A DNA stretch of 64,000 nt from Raillietiella orientalis (lineage: Eukaryota), in NCBI GenBank assembly GCA_036172245.1, contig JAYWIR010000004.1, forward strand, positions 6,200,001 through 6,264,000, written 5' to 3'. Both the position numbers and the translations under genes were made by a program. The notes beneath the pieces are model-generated. The model made no database searches, was not told where the DNA came from, and saw only the letters and a program-made list of their open reading frames with translations. Positions 10,951 to 24,622 of this stretch are shown in pieces. Position 1 is the first letter of the stretch. Each line of letters starts with the position of its first letter.

Positions 10951-13109
10951 TAAGTGGTCTCTAGCTCTGCTTTTGGCATACGAGGCAAACCGGAGTTAGC
11001 CGCGCTGAAGGAAGGTGGTAGCACCATCAGGGCATCAGCAGCATGCTGTTGATTTCAGATGAGCGCATTTTTGCTATCGATAATCATAGCCTTCCGAGGA
11101 ATTCAATCCCTAGTAATGGGTGAATCTGGATACTTCCCAGGAATCACTTAGGGGAGGAGGGGAGGCAAATTAACAACAACCATGTTTTTTGAAAATTTTG
11201 AAGGAGGTTGGTGGAAGAATGTTCGACCGTTACAACAGGAAGAGTGAAGCTACGACTGACTTTTAATTGTCTCGTACCCCTGAGATTGCAACATGGACAA
11301 AAACAGTCAATTTAAAAGACAAGGAGCCTCTTGATGCTTGAGTTGCGTTCTTTCGGGAGACGTCCTTCGTTTCATTATGAAAACCTCTGAAAGGGACCAA
11401 TTTGAAAAGAGTCAGCTCGACTGCATAGAGGACAGTGTCCCCAGATTTTTTTTTTTGCCGCTTCTTTGGCTTTAGAGTGCAGGGTGTTTGTCCTCAGCAT
11501 GAATACACAAATGCGTCCGTTGCAGCAGCAGTCAAAGCACCCAATATCACTTTAGTGTTGGCTCTTAACGCAGGATCAGATAGGAAAATGCAGAGGGGCC
11601 GTGGATCGCGACGGCGACGAAGAGTTTGCCTTCGTCAGAGGAAAGGCATTTTTAAAACCAATCTCGGGAGTGCGATCGACAGCCGCTTGTTAGCATGGGG
11701 TTCTTCTGCTAACCTGACGTGAATGTTGCGGTTTTTCTCCAAGAAGTGCGTGTCTACTCTACTCTAATGCCATTAGATAAAGCACCCTTGTGAGCACGGT
11801 TCCACCTAATATCTCTTCAAAGCCTGAGAAACGGCAATACTAGCAGAATTCGAATCTTTTGAATCAGAGCAATCCTTTGAATCCTAAACTCTGTCTTGAA
11901 AACTGGAAGGTAGCAACTTGGGAACAAGAAATGTCTTTTCTACGTCGCTGGACATCTATGAGATCGGCGGGTGTGTTTATTAGATAAGGAATGAAAAAAA
12001 CAAAGATGCAGCAACAATTTTAGTAGATTTGCGATATTTGCGGAATCAAAGTGAAGAGCTAAAATATTGCAACGCCTCTTGAAAATATTATGGAATCATC
12101 CCGAAAAATGAGATCGTTTCATTTTTATCCGGGTGGATGCACGAGTCAGCAGCCAAGGAGTGGAAGTACCATGCAACGTTGAAGATTGAGATGATCCGCA
12201 TGGAAGATTCATGAGATAACTTGGGATCCTAAATTGGAACCGGTTGAGCCAGCACACAACTGAGCGAGTGTCCAACACTGAAGGATTCCGAGAGTCTGGC
12301 GGCCTTCCTTTTCACACTTCAGATCGACCTTCGCAGCTCGATGTTCTGGCATCTGCTTCTTCTGCTCTTGCGGTTTCATCTGATTATCTTCCTCCTTCAA
12401 AAGGAGGGTAATCAGATGGGTGTTTGTTTGCTAATCGCAAGAATTTGAGGGCTTCATTTCATTCCGTGAACTTTTTCGCACGTCCCTCCACTTCCTGTGT
12501 TGGGAATCATCTGGAAAGCTTCACTCTGAGGTAACGGATGAGCGCACTGGGTTGCGACCGCTCACCATTATCGATGCATGCAGATAAGCCGGGGGTGCAT
12601 GTCACTGCGTGGAATTTTATCCATGCGGCGGCGTGCATACTTTCTTTCATCCGAACGAAAGCTCTGTGCAGATGTCCACCGCAAGCCGAGTTAGGGTTCA
12701 GAGTTGGCCCTAGCGGAGACTCAGCCACCAGCAAAGGAAGTTTCGTCGTTTGACAAGATTTTTCGCAGTTCTTCTCGTGAGCACGCATGCTAGTTGTGAA
12801 GACCGCCGACGGCGCATCCTGCATGTGCCCATTCGTCTGCTTTCGTTGGGGACGATGACCGAATCTTTTCGTGTTTCTGTTCGAGTTATCCAGACAACTG
12901 CGAAAGTACCGATTTCGATTCCAACGAATTCAAGAATTGGCAGCAGCTATCCCCATAACAAGCTGGAATTTGTCTTGAGCTAGGAGCCAGTGGACAAGAA
13001 ATTATGCTCGTCTAGGTAACAAAAAATGTGCTCATGATGTTGCTGTAATTGTTCTTCGTTTATCGCGGCCTTCTTCCATGAGTGCTGGAATTCCAGGAAC
13101 AATCGAAAC

Positions 13110-14450
13110 TTAATAATAATAAGCGAATAGCAGCAGTTGTGAGCATCATGATGCAGTCGTGATTGCTGCAGTATTTATTAAAAATACCGAAAACGTTGTT
13201 GGAAGTGTTATTTCAGTCGTGCTTTGACATGAGCTTTTCATTTTTATAAATGACTCTCTGTCTAGAAAAGATCAGTTTCGTTCCTAAAGCACTTTCCACC
13301 TTCGAAAGATTACCACTTGGCAATGCTGCTAGAAGTAGCATCGCCTAAAGAGCGTGACCATCACTTCCTCATCTTCACTCTATCCAAAAGCGAGATTCAG
13401 ATTTAGGATATTTTGCGTTGAACGTATCATCAGCTTGCTGCTCTCTGATCCACGAATGCAGAAGACCAAAGTGTAGTTGTCGTTACCACGGAAGGCGCTT
13501 TCCGATTTCTAGAGTGATCACTGAAAGAGAGGGACTCTTATGTTGAAGATTCCCTGGTCGAGAAGAAGCTGAATGTAGTTTACACTTGTTGATGCAGCTT
13601 CCGAAGTTGCCAATGCACGAATACATTGGTTCAATCAGATGTGAAACACAACATGCTTGAATCAGACTGTGCTGCTTATAGCCACCGATGGATACAATAA
13701 TGACTGAAGTGTGCTCGTGGCTGCATCAGCAGAGGCGATGAAGACATAGAAGCGATGGAAAAGGTTCCTTTGAAAGAGATAGATAGAGAGGAGAGTCTGT
13801 GAATGTCTGCACAGACAGACAAAACAAGCCAAATCATTTACAGAGGTACCTCGGTACTCGTCGGTAATTCGTTCCGGAACTGTGATGAGTGCCGAAATAG
13901 ACGAGTACCGAAAGAATTTTTCAGGACCCATGATTAACGCTTGAAATGCAAAAAGCAAAAAAGGGAAGGGGCTTTGGGCTTTGGAAGGCATTCTATGAAA
14001 GTGTTGACACTGTTCACAAGCTACCATGAGACTAAAACGTTCACTTGTTTCATCATGAGAATGGGGTGTCGAGTTCCGAGCAAGTGCCGAGTGTCGAAAC
14101 ATATTTTCTCGTCAAAATGCTACGAGTACTGAGTTTGACGAGTTCCAAAACCATCGAGTACCGAGGTACCACTTTAACTTGCTGGAATTTATGCAAAAAG
14201 ACAGCAGATTGATGCAGCAATGTTGAAGAAACACTCTGAGGGGGAGGGATGTCAAATAAGTAATAATCAGGAGGATGGAATGATCAAACACACTCTAGGA
14301 CAGATCAATCTCATTGTCTCCGGGAAACAGAGCAACCTGGAATGCAGAATCGAAATCAAGGGATCGGATGCTGTTGATGAACGCCAAGCAAGATGCTTAA
14401 GTGCAATGGAACATGAAAGCAAAACCTTTCTTGCTGATCAAAAAAATCGT
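13110..14450 (-). mobile_element. Decayed L2/CR1-like LINE 3' portion, interrupted by a MITE
   Basis: Minus strand: degenerate VPQG..L.IND and FA(D)-like stretch at ~14190-14310, then past the MITE NDLACFVCLCRH (~DL..I..W), HFSHYCIHRW (~HL.YC..VW) and ALPSG (~WN.LP). A short (ATT)n at 13111-13122 may be the tail. Confidence 0.4.
13841..14174. mobile_element. Non-autonomous Tc1/mariner-superfamily (Tigger/pogo-like) MITE, 334 bp
   Basis: Perfect 16-bp inverted repeat GGTACCTCGGTACTCG (13845-13860) / CGAGTACCGAGGTACC (14155-14170), extending to CAGAGGTACC...GGTACCACTT. TA on both flanks (13839-13840, 14175-14176). Internal CGAGTAC-like subrepeats. Confidence 0.8.
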
Positions 14451-14483
14451 TGAAACAACTCCTTATTTAACGGATCAGCAAAA

Positions 14484-14514
14484 GCGCGCGCACACACACA
14501 CATACACACACGCA
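14484..14514. repeat. (GC)n(CA)n microsatellite
   Basis: GCGCGCGCACACACACACATACACACACGCA. Confidence 0.85.
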
Positions 14515-14649
14515 GTGCACATACAGTCTAATAATTTTATTGGATAGAACACAGGAAAGCATGACTTTGTAACCCTTTGGCACGCTATGGTATGTAACAG
14601 TTTATACCAGAATGTGAGGCCTCAAGACAATCTTGGAAGCGCATTTTGT

Positions 14650-15700
14650 AAGTCCTTATGTGGATCGAAGTTTTGAAGATTGAAAACAGAATTAGAAAAG
14701 AAATGTGCTTCCCCTCAAAGTAAGAAAATTTAGGGAGAATTCTTCTCCAAAAAGAAAAAAAGAAAAAACTTTGAGAAGGAAGAATCCATGAAGCGCGTGA
14801 TCCCATGTGTGCTGTTGTTGGTCTTTCCGAAATAGCTGAGACACGTTGGACGCTACGATGAATCTTAAGCAGATCCAAAACTCAAGTAACCGCAACAGTG
14901 GAACTTTGCATGCAATCAATCTGAGAATTTTACGACCAGTTCCTCATTTAGATGACCACGCCCCTTGTGAGTGTCCGTCTCATCCTTTCATTGTGTGCGT
15001 GCATCAGAATTCACAGGCGATCCACAACACCTGTAGAGAGCGCTGCTAGATGGAATTAAGGAAAGTAGATTTTGGTATTCCAAGGAAAGCTGGAGCAGAG
15101 AAATGATAATCAGATGCGATCAGGTAGAGTGCTCGATGAAGCGTTCTAAATCCAAGCGGTATTGACGCACTGCCCACGGAAACAAACATCGATCCGAACA
15201 CCGCCGGTCTCCACATGTCTATGCAAGGCACAGCAAGAATCCAGGAAACCTGCGGAGCAGCCGACGGGGAATGAGACAGTCCCCCGTTGACGCGGTATGC
15301 ACATTTATGTACTTGCCTCCATATGAAGATCAAGAGACGGCTCAGTATATGAAACAAAAATGAGCATACAAAACAGACGCACTCGCATACACGGGATCGT
15401 AATGCCGTTTGCCAATGTGCTTACTCGTAGTAACGGAAGTGAATATATCCGTACTGCATACATCAAGCAGACGTCTGCTTTGAGATGGGAAGTTCGTCAG
15501 CTTCTAATTATAGTCGTCGAGAACCGGATAAACATCTCTAGATGTGTGAGACTTGTGGAAGCATTATTTTCATTTATAGGACCATCTGCAGATGGCGAAA
15601 AATGGAAAATAATGCTCCTCGTAGCAATCGTGACCCTACTAAACTCACAATTCATATCAATCAATTACTCTAACCAGAGAAACAATATAGAAGCAACAGT
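14650..15700 (+). mobile_element. Decayed Penelope-like element (RT plus GIY-YIG remnant)
   Basis: In order: GEFFSK (~G..Y.Q), RHV(g)DAT at ~14839-14857 (~RYVDD), LHAINLRI..VPHLDD (~LN..H..I.FT...LPFLD), VCVHQNS (~T.VY.K), then NAVCQ..GSEYIRT at ~15401-15455 (~NVVY.I.C..C...YIG.T). Confidence 0.5.
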
Positions 15701-16949
15701 ACCTCAAGAACCCCGCCGATAAAAGTCCAAGGGTATTAAACTCTCGAAGACAATACTTGGGTAGCAGACCTATCCTTTCCCGTCCAATTTCCTGATTGAA
15801 TTTTGCAAGTATATTAACAGCCAAATGGATTTGAGATGTACTCCTACCGGGACATTAGAAGTTTACTGAAGCACTCGATCTAGCTGAGGCAGCATACAAA
15901 ATCGAGGGTGCACTTTTGTATCGATTTGCTCTTCCTGGAAAGGTCAGAGGTCCGTAAATTTACCACGTTTCAAAACACGCACACAAGCAAATGTTTCACA
16001 AACGTGTTCCCGACGAGCAAAGGAGCCAAATTGGATCAAGTAGGGACTCACTCATTTCCAGGAGGGGTGTTTATCTTTGCAGATGAGATGAAGCACAACT
16101 TTATTGCTTCGTACTGGATGCATCTTGGAAGCTCCATCCATCTCAATCGTGAAGCACACTTGCTCCTGCATGTCTTTGATTTCAGCCGGTAATATGGAAG
16201 GCTGTCTCTTGTAAAAAGCACCAGCTCGTTAAGACAAATAAAGCTTGCTAAGGTGCTTTCCCTGTCGATTTCGAAAGATTTTGCATTGAGGACTGCCAGA
16301 TCAGATACCATCGACTTTGGTTGGTTTATTTCTCGGCCTTCTGGTGCTTTTTACAGGAATATGCTGTGAGAGATTTTGTCAAGACTGCTAGTGCAACTTC
16401 AAACCCGATGGTCACGGACTGTGATCCAGGATGGCAAGAGTGACGCTCGGTTTCTCCGTTTGAGTGAATCTTCAGACAGCAAGCGATACTACAGGCTCTG
16501 CAGCAGCACACCAGAAGTTCCGAAAGAGGTGCAAACACATGATTTTCATCTCGTAGGTGCCAGCTTTAGTCTGGAGAAAAAAATGAAATGCCTATTTCCT
16601 TTTTGGGGGTCTTCTCTCCTATTCTCTCTCTCCGAAGAATGTAACGCCGGTGTCAGGTTTTCTTGGAGGACGCCTACTTGAGATTGCTTTCAGAATCCTC
16701 CAGCTTTGGCTCGCTTGCTGCGCTGGAGCTGGTCATCGAAAGAGTCTTGCTTTTCTTCCATCACTCGACACCGTGATTGCCATGCTCCTCGAACATCATC
16801 GCAGTTTTGTTGTCCTCTCAACAAAGAGTGATGCAACGCACGCTCGAAGCTAGTTTTCGCTACTCCCGCTGCCACTGGACAGATAGGGACTTATTGAAGA
16901 GCTGTCAAGGCAAGCAAGCAGGAATCCAAGGTTGAACTGCGCTTTCACG

Positions 16950-17200
16950 GTTTCGTCGCCTGGGTGACTTCCTGCAGGAACGGGCGAAGTGAGGGTGCTC
17001 CGGCACCGTGCACGCTATTCCAACACGTGACGACACGCTCAGAAATACCGGAGAAGCCCCGCTGTGCTTCTGGGATCACGAGTGCTGGATGGCAGCAGCT
17101 CCTGAAGGAATGCACTTCCGTCACGAAGGCAATAAATTGGAATCGGCAGGGATGCCAAGTTTTCCACGCGCGTGGGTACAGAATCAACATCGCAATAACA
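16950..17200 (+). mobile_element. Short non-LTR RT N-terminal fragment
   Basis: ORF 16964-17206 contains RSEI..CASGITSAGWQ..AINW, resembling the RT domain 0/1 pattern E....APGPDGI...W....FN.C. Confidence 0.3.
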
Positions 17201-20200
17201 AATTGAGGGCGAGCAGCCACTTAATGCCTAGTTTACCCCTTGACCAACTCGTGACACATTGATTTATAAGTGAAAAATCAAAAACGGACTGTAATAGGGT
17301 AGAGAAAGAGAGTAATCGGTTCCATATTACTGGAATGGATCTCATGACAAAATATTGATGGGATGAAAGACCGCTGATGTCTCCAAACAAAAAAAAAAGG
17401 CGACTTTGAGGGAAAACTCTGAAAAGAATGCAACCGACGCTCTCCATTAGTCTGGAGAAAAATGGAAGACCATTTAGTTTGTCATCATGGAAATGAAACC
17501 TAACCAAAGAAAATCAGATCAGGATGGGAGTGGGCCAGTAATCGATATTAAATACGAGTGCACAGAGACGCAATCTTCCAGGATTCTGTGAAGAGAGGAA
17601 GGAGAAATCATTTGTTTTCTCTCCTATGAAAACTCATCAGTCGGCAAGCATTTCGGATTTAGATCGTTCCACTTCTCTAGAGACCTTTAGGAAGTGCGGT
17701 CGAGCAGAGTGCTTTCCTCCTAAGAAGAGCACGCCGAAAACCTCCAGATTGCCTCGCGGTCAAAGACTTCAAGGCTATCCTCCTTTTTCCATCGTCACCC
17801 CCGCGTCATCCTTTCTTCGCCCGCCCCAGAGCCGATGGGGTGTCCTTCTTCCAAAGAATCCCTGTTTACAAAGTCCTACAGTTCTTGCCCATCCGAATTT
17901 TCATCGGTCGAGAAACTGCTGTCCCCAGAGAGGCAGCGAGTGTGAGGATGATCATGGGATGATCCACACATGCCACCGCTGGACCAGTCTGTACTTTGAG
18001 CTCCGCCTTCCTTTTTGAGCTAAAACGGGCCATTCTTTAGCTGGCATCGAGAGAAAGAGTCAGTTCCATTCAATCATGGGGTTTCGAATGAGCGCTTTCC
18101 GTGGGTAGCAGGTGTGCTGTAGGGCTCTGGACGAATCGCTGCCACGCCCCACCCTGTCCTCTTCTCCGTGCGATCCTCTGGGGGCAGAGGAACGCGAGAT
18201 GTTCGGCGGAATTTCCGCTAGGAGAACCCGTGGTCACGGGATCGCATTTATCCCGTGTTCTTGAGAATGACTGATGACCTCCGCTCTGTTCTCTATTCTC
18301 CCCGTAAATCATTCCTGCCTCTTTGTCCCTGAGGCACACCTCTTCTACTACTCTAGAATCAGAGTCCCGTTAATTCCAGTACTTCTGAGCATTTTCTGCT
18401 GCCTCCTTATCCAGCACAAAATCCATCCAATTCCCTCGTGAGGCTGGTGACGGAGGTGGTGCTTCCGCTCCTTGGAACTTGAGCGTCGCACCAAGAGCAT
18501 AAGATTGCGTTTCCTGAATGGTCGCTGAAGAGATGCCACCTTGAAAGGCGAGGGGATCTATTAGCCGCTCATCGTTTCCGTCTGGATGAAACTGGAATCC
18601 CTGTGCTTCCATGTTTAACTTCGTCCCCTCCTCCCCTCTTGTTAATCAGATTCCGGTTTGGGGCCATCCTGCCTTCTCACGGAGCACATTGCCTTGCGGC
18701 AGACAGGAAGCTCGCTTCGTTTTGCTTCCCCTTCTCTGCCACGGCGGTTCTTTCCACCAGGAGCGCGTCCTGCAGAAATTCTTGAAGCTCCAGGGTTCCC
18801 CTTGCACAAGGATGAGTTTTTGTACGGCGATGTTTGCTCCTCCAGCTGCTCTGAATCTGTGTGGTTGTGACGGAATCTTTGGAAGGTGGGCTGCAGTAAA
18901 CAGACAAGGGTAGGAGCGCACCGACGAAAATGGCGCTTCGTGAAGAGGAGGTTGTTGAACCAGAAAGGCCGAGATGATTTTTCTAATGAAAACGGGGCCC
19001 AGACTTGGCCGCTGCTCAGCTGCCGGAACGGCACTAATCATCCCGGTTGCCCAAGCAGATTTTCCCGAGCCTATGGAATCCCAGAAGACTTGTAAGCTGA
19101 GAGTGGATCATCAGGATGGAATGGCGACGAACAGCGTTTTTGTTGCTGGTGTTTCTGCTGCGGAGCGGTAGAGGTTGCAGGGGATTTCGGGAGCATGGCT
19201 GTAGGCTTCCTTTGGAAGTCTGGCTCAGCTTCCCTCGAAAATCGTTTTCTCATCTCTTGATGAGTGGGTGGAAGGCAAAAGGCGTTCTCTGTCCCTGGAT
19301 TCCCGTCTCTGATAACTGGAAATCTCCTGCTCTTTGTCGCACGGGAAGTTTTATTGAGATCTCTTTAATCTGGGCCAAACTCCCTTCCCCGCCAGGGAAA
19401 CTCCTGATTGTGTGAGTTCTTCACGTAGCGCTCAGGGAAGTGGAGGGAAGGGATAACACTCCTCCCCTCATTTTTGCAGTTAAGCTCTACGGAAGCGTTT
19501 GAAAAAGAAACGGGTCGAAGCCATCCCAAGCGCCCGCTGCCCTACAGGCACCCGTGCCTGCAACGAAGCGCTCTCCAGCTTCGAACGAGGACTCGGAAGC
19601 TGGCTGGGAGGCTCTGAAGAACCCGCGCGCCGCTAGGGAGGCGTCCAGGGAATTTTGTCCCGGTCTCCAGAGACGCGGTCGAAGCATCCCATCGAGGACA
19701 GGGAAAGGTTGCGACGGTGGGGGCCGTGAATGCGTTTCAGCCCCCCCGGAAGCCGCCGAGTTGACCTTCTCGCGCTTCCTCCCCCCCCTTCCCCCGGCTT
19801 GGGGGCGCCTCGTTCCCTGGGAGGCTCCCGGACTCGGCACCCCAGTTTCTCTCTTCGTGCCTGCTCGAGTTTATAAATCCAGTTCGTCTTCTCGGAGATC
19901 AATGCGGCTAAGCTCCTGGTTTCATTTCTAGAAATGGTAAACACGGCTGCAGTATCCTATTTATTGCTGTCAGTGTTTGCAAAAGATAAGCAACACAAAT
20001 AAACTAAAGATGTGCAGGAATTCTGGTCCTCTCCCTTATCGGTGAAAACTGCTTGCTCGTGGAGCAGGAAGACGCATGCAATTTGAAAAGCGGCCAAATT
20101 GAGAGGATGCACGCGGGGTCGCTCATGCAGCGTGCGATGGAGTTAGCAATTTTCAATTTCGCGACCGTGACGTTTACGTTAGGATGAAGGAGGAGGAGGA

Positions 20201-20749
20201 GGAGGAGGGAGGGAAGAGAGAGAACAGTGTGTCTGCTTCGCTTCGGCTTCGTCACTCCGGTGCCTGAAGGAGATAGCATGTTGCGGAGACGCAGCTGCAT
20301 CTGCACCGCTCCGCGTCGAGTCCAGGGAAGTCGGACAAGACTTTGGCGAGCAGCGAGACACTCGCTCGTTCAATCTTCGGGTCCTCCCGGAAGAAGCAGT
20401 TTCTCTTCGTCGCTTTCGGCCTTGCTCTTGAATTGCGACAGAGGAGCTCTGCTGGGAACAAACGTTGGAAACTGAAGGTACTGAGGACTCCCTGCGTATC
20501 ATGCAATGAAGATGAAAAGGAAGAATACATTAGCACACAACAGTTCAGATAATCGAGATGGAATCGGATGAAGATTTAATGAGGAACTTTGCTAATTTCT
20601 TATTGCTTCCCAAGAGTTGTCTTCTTTGTTTGCGCTCTGGACCTGAAAAAAAAAAAAAAAAAAAAGAGCAATTGTTGGCACTGCTGCATCTTCCATTAAA
20701 CACTTTCTTCTAGCTGGCTTTCGTGCGCGACAGACTCCTCTGCCACGAA

Positions 20750-21590
20750 AGTTTCGGTTGCTAGCGTTTCTGTTGTCGGGAGCTCGCGAGGTCATTTGAT
20801 GAATCGACTTTGTGGAAACGCAGGGTTGCACTGGGTCTTTGTTTAGAAGGATATGTTGAATGTCCCTGTGGCTGTTTGCACTCAGTGTGCGATCTACACG
20901 TAAACGTCTCCAGCTTCTCTCTCTCCTGAAAGAGAACCCTTGAAGTGGAAATCCTGTAAACATCGACTTCCTTGCTCAGACACGAAATACCTTATTCATC
21001 TCTTTATACTTCGTTTACATCTCGCAACTCGCGGAGCGTTTCCTTACGATCATGTCAAGGTTCACGCTTGGCTTGGTCATGTTTGTATTTCCCACTTCCA
21101 AATGGAATGTTCTGGAGCCGACGATAGTGAAGATGAAATGCAGAAGACATTCCCTGAGATTCACGAGGTATTTTACTTGCCTCTGATATTTCTTTTCCTT
21201 TTTAATAAAAACGATGCATTCTGTTTCCATATTAATGGGTCCTTTTAAACAATTAGTTGAGATTCCTGGGTAGGAGATCTTCTGCATGCTTTGATGAGCC
21301 TTTTATGACCTCCCACAGAAGTGCCTCAATCAGCAGTTCACTGATGATTCCTTTCTTGAATCTCGAGTGGGGATGCTCTCGTTCAGTGAGGCATTGAAGA
21401 GAATAGGCAAAACTCTCTCTGAAGAGTTCGTCATGTTTGTTCTCATGTGAGCTCGAGACATGATACGAATAATTCGCAATATTTTCCCAATTCCCTGATC
21501 GTTCGCGATCACGTCAGATTGTCCACTTCCTCTCCTGTTCTCCCAATAATTCTTTGCTGATATCCATTCTCCAGTTGCCTTGATCACTTT
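20750..21590 (-). mobile_element. Decayed CR1/L2-like LINE RT fragment
   Basis: DQGIGKIL..VLPILFNASLNESIP (~DGI...L...L..LFN.SL..G.IP), R*IRYFVSE (~WI..FLS.R), GCGTTTCCACAAAG (~GVPQG) and TTCATCAAATGACCTC (~FINDL). Confidence 0.45.
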
Positions 21591-24500
21591 GTTCTTTTTT
21601 CGTATCGAACGACAACAGAAACGGTGCTACCCATTACGTCTCGACGAACTCTTGCGTCTCAGATAGTGAGGAAGTGTTTTTAGGAGTCCAAGCCAGAAAC
21701 CTGACTGCACTGAGCACACATGCTGACTCGTAGCTGGTAAGCAGCACACAAACCTTCGATTGCATGTAGGTTGTCGTACTGGCATGGTGATTCGTTCATC
21801 TGCAGGTTGTTTGCTCGATTTGAGGTTTCCTACGATTCCGTTTAAAATCTCAACAGAGGAATGCATGATGGATGGAAGATTTGGCGAGTGGAGTTTTCAG
21901 AGATGGCTGCCCTCTAGAAGGTTCGTTCTGGTAAACTATAAAACTAAAAGTTTTCGATTACTCGAAAATAAGGACAATGATCGCAATTAGGAGTGGTCCT
22001 TACTGAATGAAGGACTCTGATGGAAACGACAGAAAGCATTCTTCACACTTGGTTCACTGGCCTCTTCTCTCGGCTCTGAGTGCATCCAATTTGGCTAGAG
22101 AAAGGAACTACACATTTGGAACATTTTTCTTTTGCTTTAACTTTTAGAAAAACAGCACACTTTTTCCGAAGCTCTGGGTCCTTTGTTTAAAGTATAAAGG
22201 GAGCTTTGTTCGAGAAGTCTGGCAGACTCCTTCCGTGTATCATTTCTTCCTACGTAACTCGAATTGTAGTTTTTCTTTAACTTTTGACTTGAAATTCCTA
22301 GAAATTTCCAAAAATTGCTGCAGCTTTCTATTACCAGTATGTTAATAGATCTGGTCGCTTTGATCAGTGCCAGGTTTGAAACTTTGAGCCAAAGTACTTT
22401 TCTTGATTTTTCAGAGATCTTCTCATTCAACATTCGTTCGCTTTAATCTAAACTCAGCTATCATTTAAACATCAACTTACATTTTATTGAAGATACGCTT
22501 ATTAAACTGCCGGCCGGTCCATCAGCTTTCACTTGTATTTTCTTTCTTCGAGCAAATAAATGCAAGAAGAATGAGGAACAGTGAAAGGGAACATATAAAG
22601 AAACCCTTTGTGTCTTCCTCTCGATGAGCTCTGAACATTTTCAATGTCTTGAACTACCTTCTCTTAAAGCAGTCCGGTTGATTTTACATCTTCACGGAGA
22701 TGTTCTCCATTTCTTGAATTACTTGAAGGTTTGCTTTGTAATTTCATCCTGCTATCCCAATCATATCTGCCAATTTTAGATTGCCATTACCATAGGCATG
22801 TACATAAACGAAAGGATGCCACTACCACAGTATTTACACATACTTAATACTACTACCACTATACGTATGTTTTCGAACATTCTTTCCGCATGATGCGATT
22901 TTGGGGATGGCATTCGCGGTCTTTTGATTTCCTCTTTGCTCCAAATCTAAAAATATGCCAATAGCACACAGTATGAGTTAAATTCTTAATAAACGAAAGT
23001 ACCCCTTTTCTTGTGCTCTGAGGATGATGCTCTCAGTGTTCTCAAGTAGCAATGAACTCACAATTACTGATTCTTCCATAAGAGTCGATTTTCAAATGTA
23101 TGGATCTACATCAGATCGAATACAAATTTAGCAAAACATTAGTTCCTTGGGCTCATGAATTCATCAGACTTTAGTGGAGCAATGAAACCTGCACTTTTGA
23201 GAAAGAGATGTGCTTCTGCGAACGCATCTTTAAGCTCATTTGAAAGGTTTTACCGTGTTGTCAACCTCGTTTGGGGTCGTCCGCGAAATTCTACTTATTC
23301 CTCGGAAGGGACGACATTTTGCTAGGTTTCAAGGGAATGCTTCAGTAGATAGCAAAACTTCTCCCGTACTACAACTTGGTAGGCATTCCTCTTAGCCAAC
23401 ATTCCTATGGATAGCTCCCTCGAATGTAGAATGATCTCTGTAAAAGTTTCTTATTCTTTGTTTCCTCTAAGATCCACGAGCTTGACGAACTCGCTCCTCG
23501 ACTTCGTAATCATGATTCTGGACAGGAACTTAGCTACTGTTCGTGTTCCAGAAGACAAAATCCCTGAAACTGCTTCCCAAAGAATCACCACTATGTCCCA
23601 GAACAACAATTTCGAAAAGCTGGTGGGATTCTTTTGGCTGGCGGCTTCCATATTCGAAAGGAAGGGTTTGAACGTGATTCGCTCCTGCTACCATTGCGTG
23701 CCTTTTGGACAACACTGACGCAAGTATGATCACGGATTGAGACATTCTTTAAGAAAGAATCTCAGCAAATTGGCTCCAAGAAAAAGGCAGTCTCACATCT
23801 GAAGATGCTCCGATCGGCGGTCTCCTCGAGACGCTGAACTGGAGAAATGCTTGAAAAGTAGTTTTTTTTTTTTTTTAGAGAAAAAACAGAAGCGGAAACG
23901 TATGTTACGGGCATGGTGGATATCTTTCCCTCATGCTCAGTGCTTCCAAACGGTTTCCGAACGTTTAGCACGAGACCCAATTTGCTGAAATTTGTTTTCA
24001 AAGTGCGCTCCGATGAATATAATGTATGCACTCCCTACCCCTACTTCCCCATTCACCATCGAAAGTACAGAGTTTCTGGTTATGCAGTCTGAACTTTCAA
24101 GCAGTTGGCAAGGAGAGCACACGACGAAATAAATTAGATTTCTACCTAACAGAAAGATGCAACCGTGATGGAGTCCATTTTTCCTCTTTGTTTGCACACC
24201 AGAGATGGCCGCAGAATAACAACCGGTCTGAAATGCGCAACGCTTTCGGTCTACCGCACTGGCTTTTAGTGTGCCAAACACCTGCGTGAACACACGCTTG
24301 GGAATTTGCATTCCTTGTGAATGAGCTCCATTTTCACAACACGGAGGGGAAAACCCTGTAGGACTTGATTCTTTGAAGACCCCAAAGAACCCCACGACGC
24401 ACCCATTTGGTAGCCACACGGCGCGCCAACACCAATTGCTTTCCATTTCAACAGGAAGGAGGCTCTCGAATCTTCGCTGCCTCCTCGGAGATGCGCGCAA

Positions 24501-24622
24501 CAGTTTGATCCCGAAATGAACGTTCGTTCCAGGCGGACCAAGCGAGGTTCGAATTGAACGTTCTGTGTTTGTAAGCTGAGAGTGGATGGTTGCGTTTGAT
24601 GGTTGTATTTCCTCTCACCCAG

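Noticed and set aside
16330..16344. TTCTCGGCCTTCTGG resembles the U2 snRNA 5' end (Utopia target gene)
   Set aside because: Only ~14 nt with a mismatch and no continuation into CTAAGATCAAGTGTAG. I saw no U2, 28S or SL1 sequence at any relic 3' end, so target specificity is unsupported.
18000..19900. Possible further RT relic on the minus strand
   Set aside because: Only isolated weak motifs (SFPGGEG, ENDFRG); not enough to call a family or boundaries.
20004..20306. Minus-strand ORF with a poly-Leu run that looks like a signal peptide
   Set aside because: The Leu run is a translation of the (GGA)n microsatellite at ~20189-20208, and it is on the wrong strand for the Dpr-like gene.
24106..24290. 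GKES..NKLDFYLTERCN loosely resembles GRESGNLKFSLKNRPN of the 59.5-kb exon; candidate missing upstream exon
   Set aside because: No in-frame L.C.V motif at the right spacing and no phase-0 donor; the similarity is within chance. At most a degenerate remnant.
24500..24585. FDPEMNV...FCVCKL just upstream of the VSWIR exon as a candidate first-half exon
   Set aside because: In-frame TGA in that frame, and the frame ending at the GTAAGC donor lacks the Ig cysteine.
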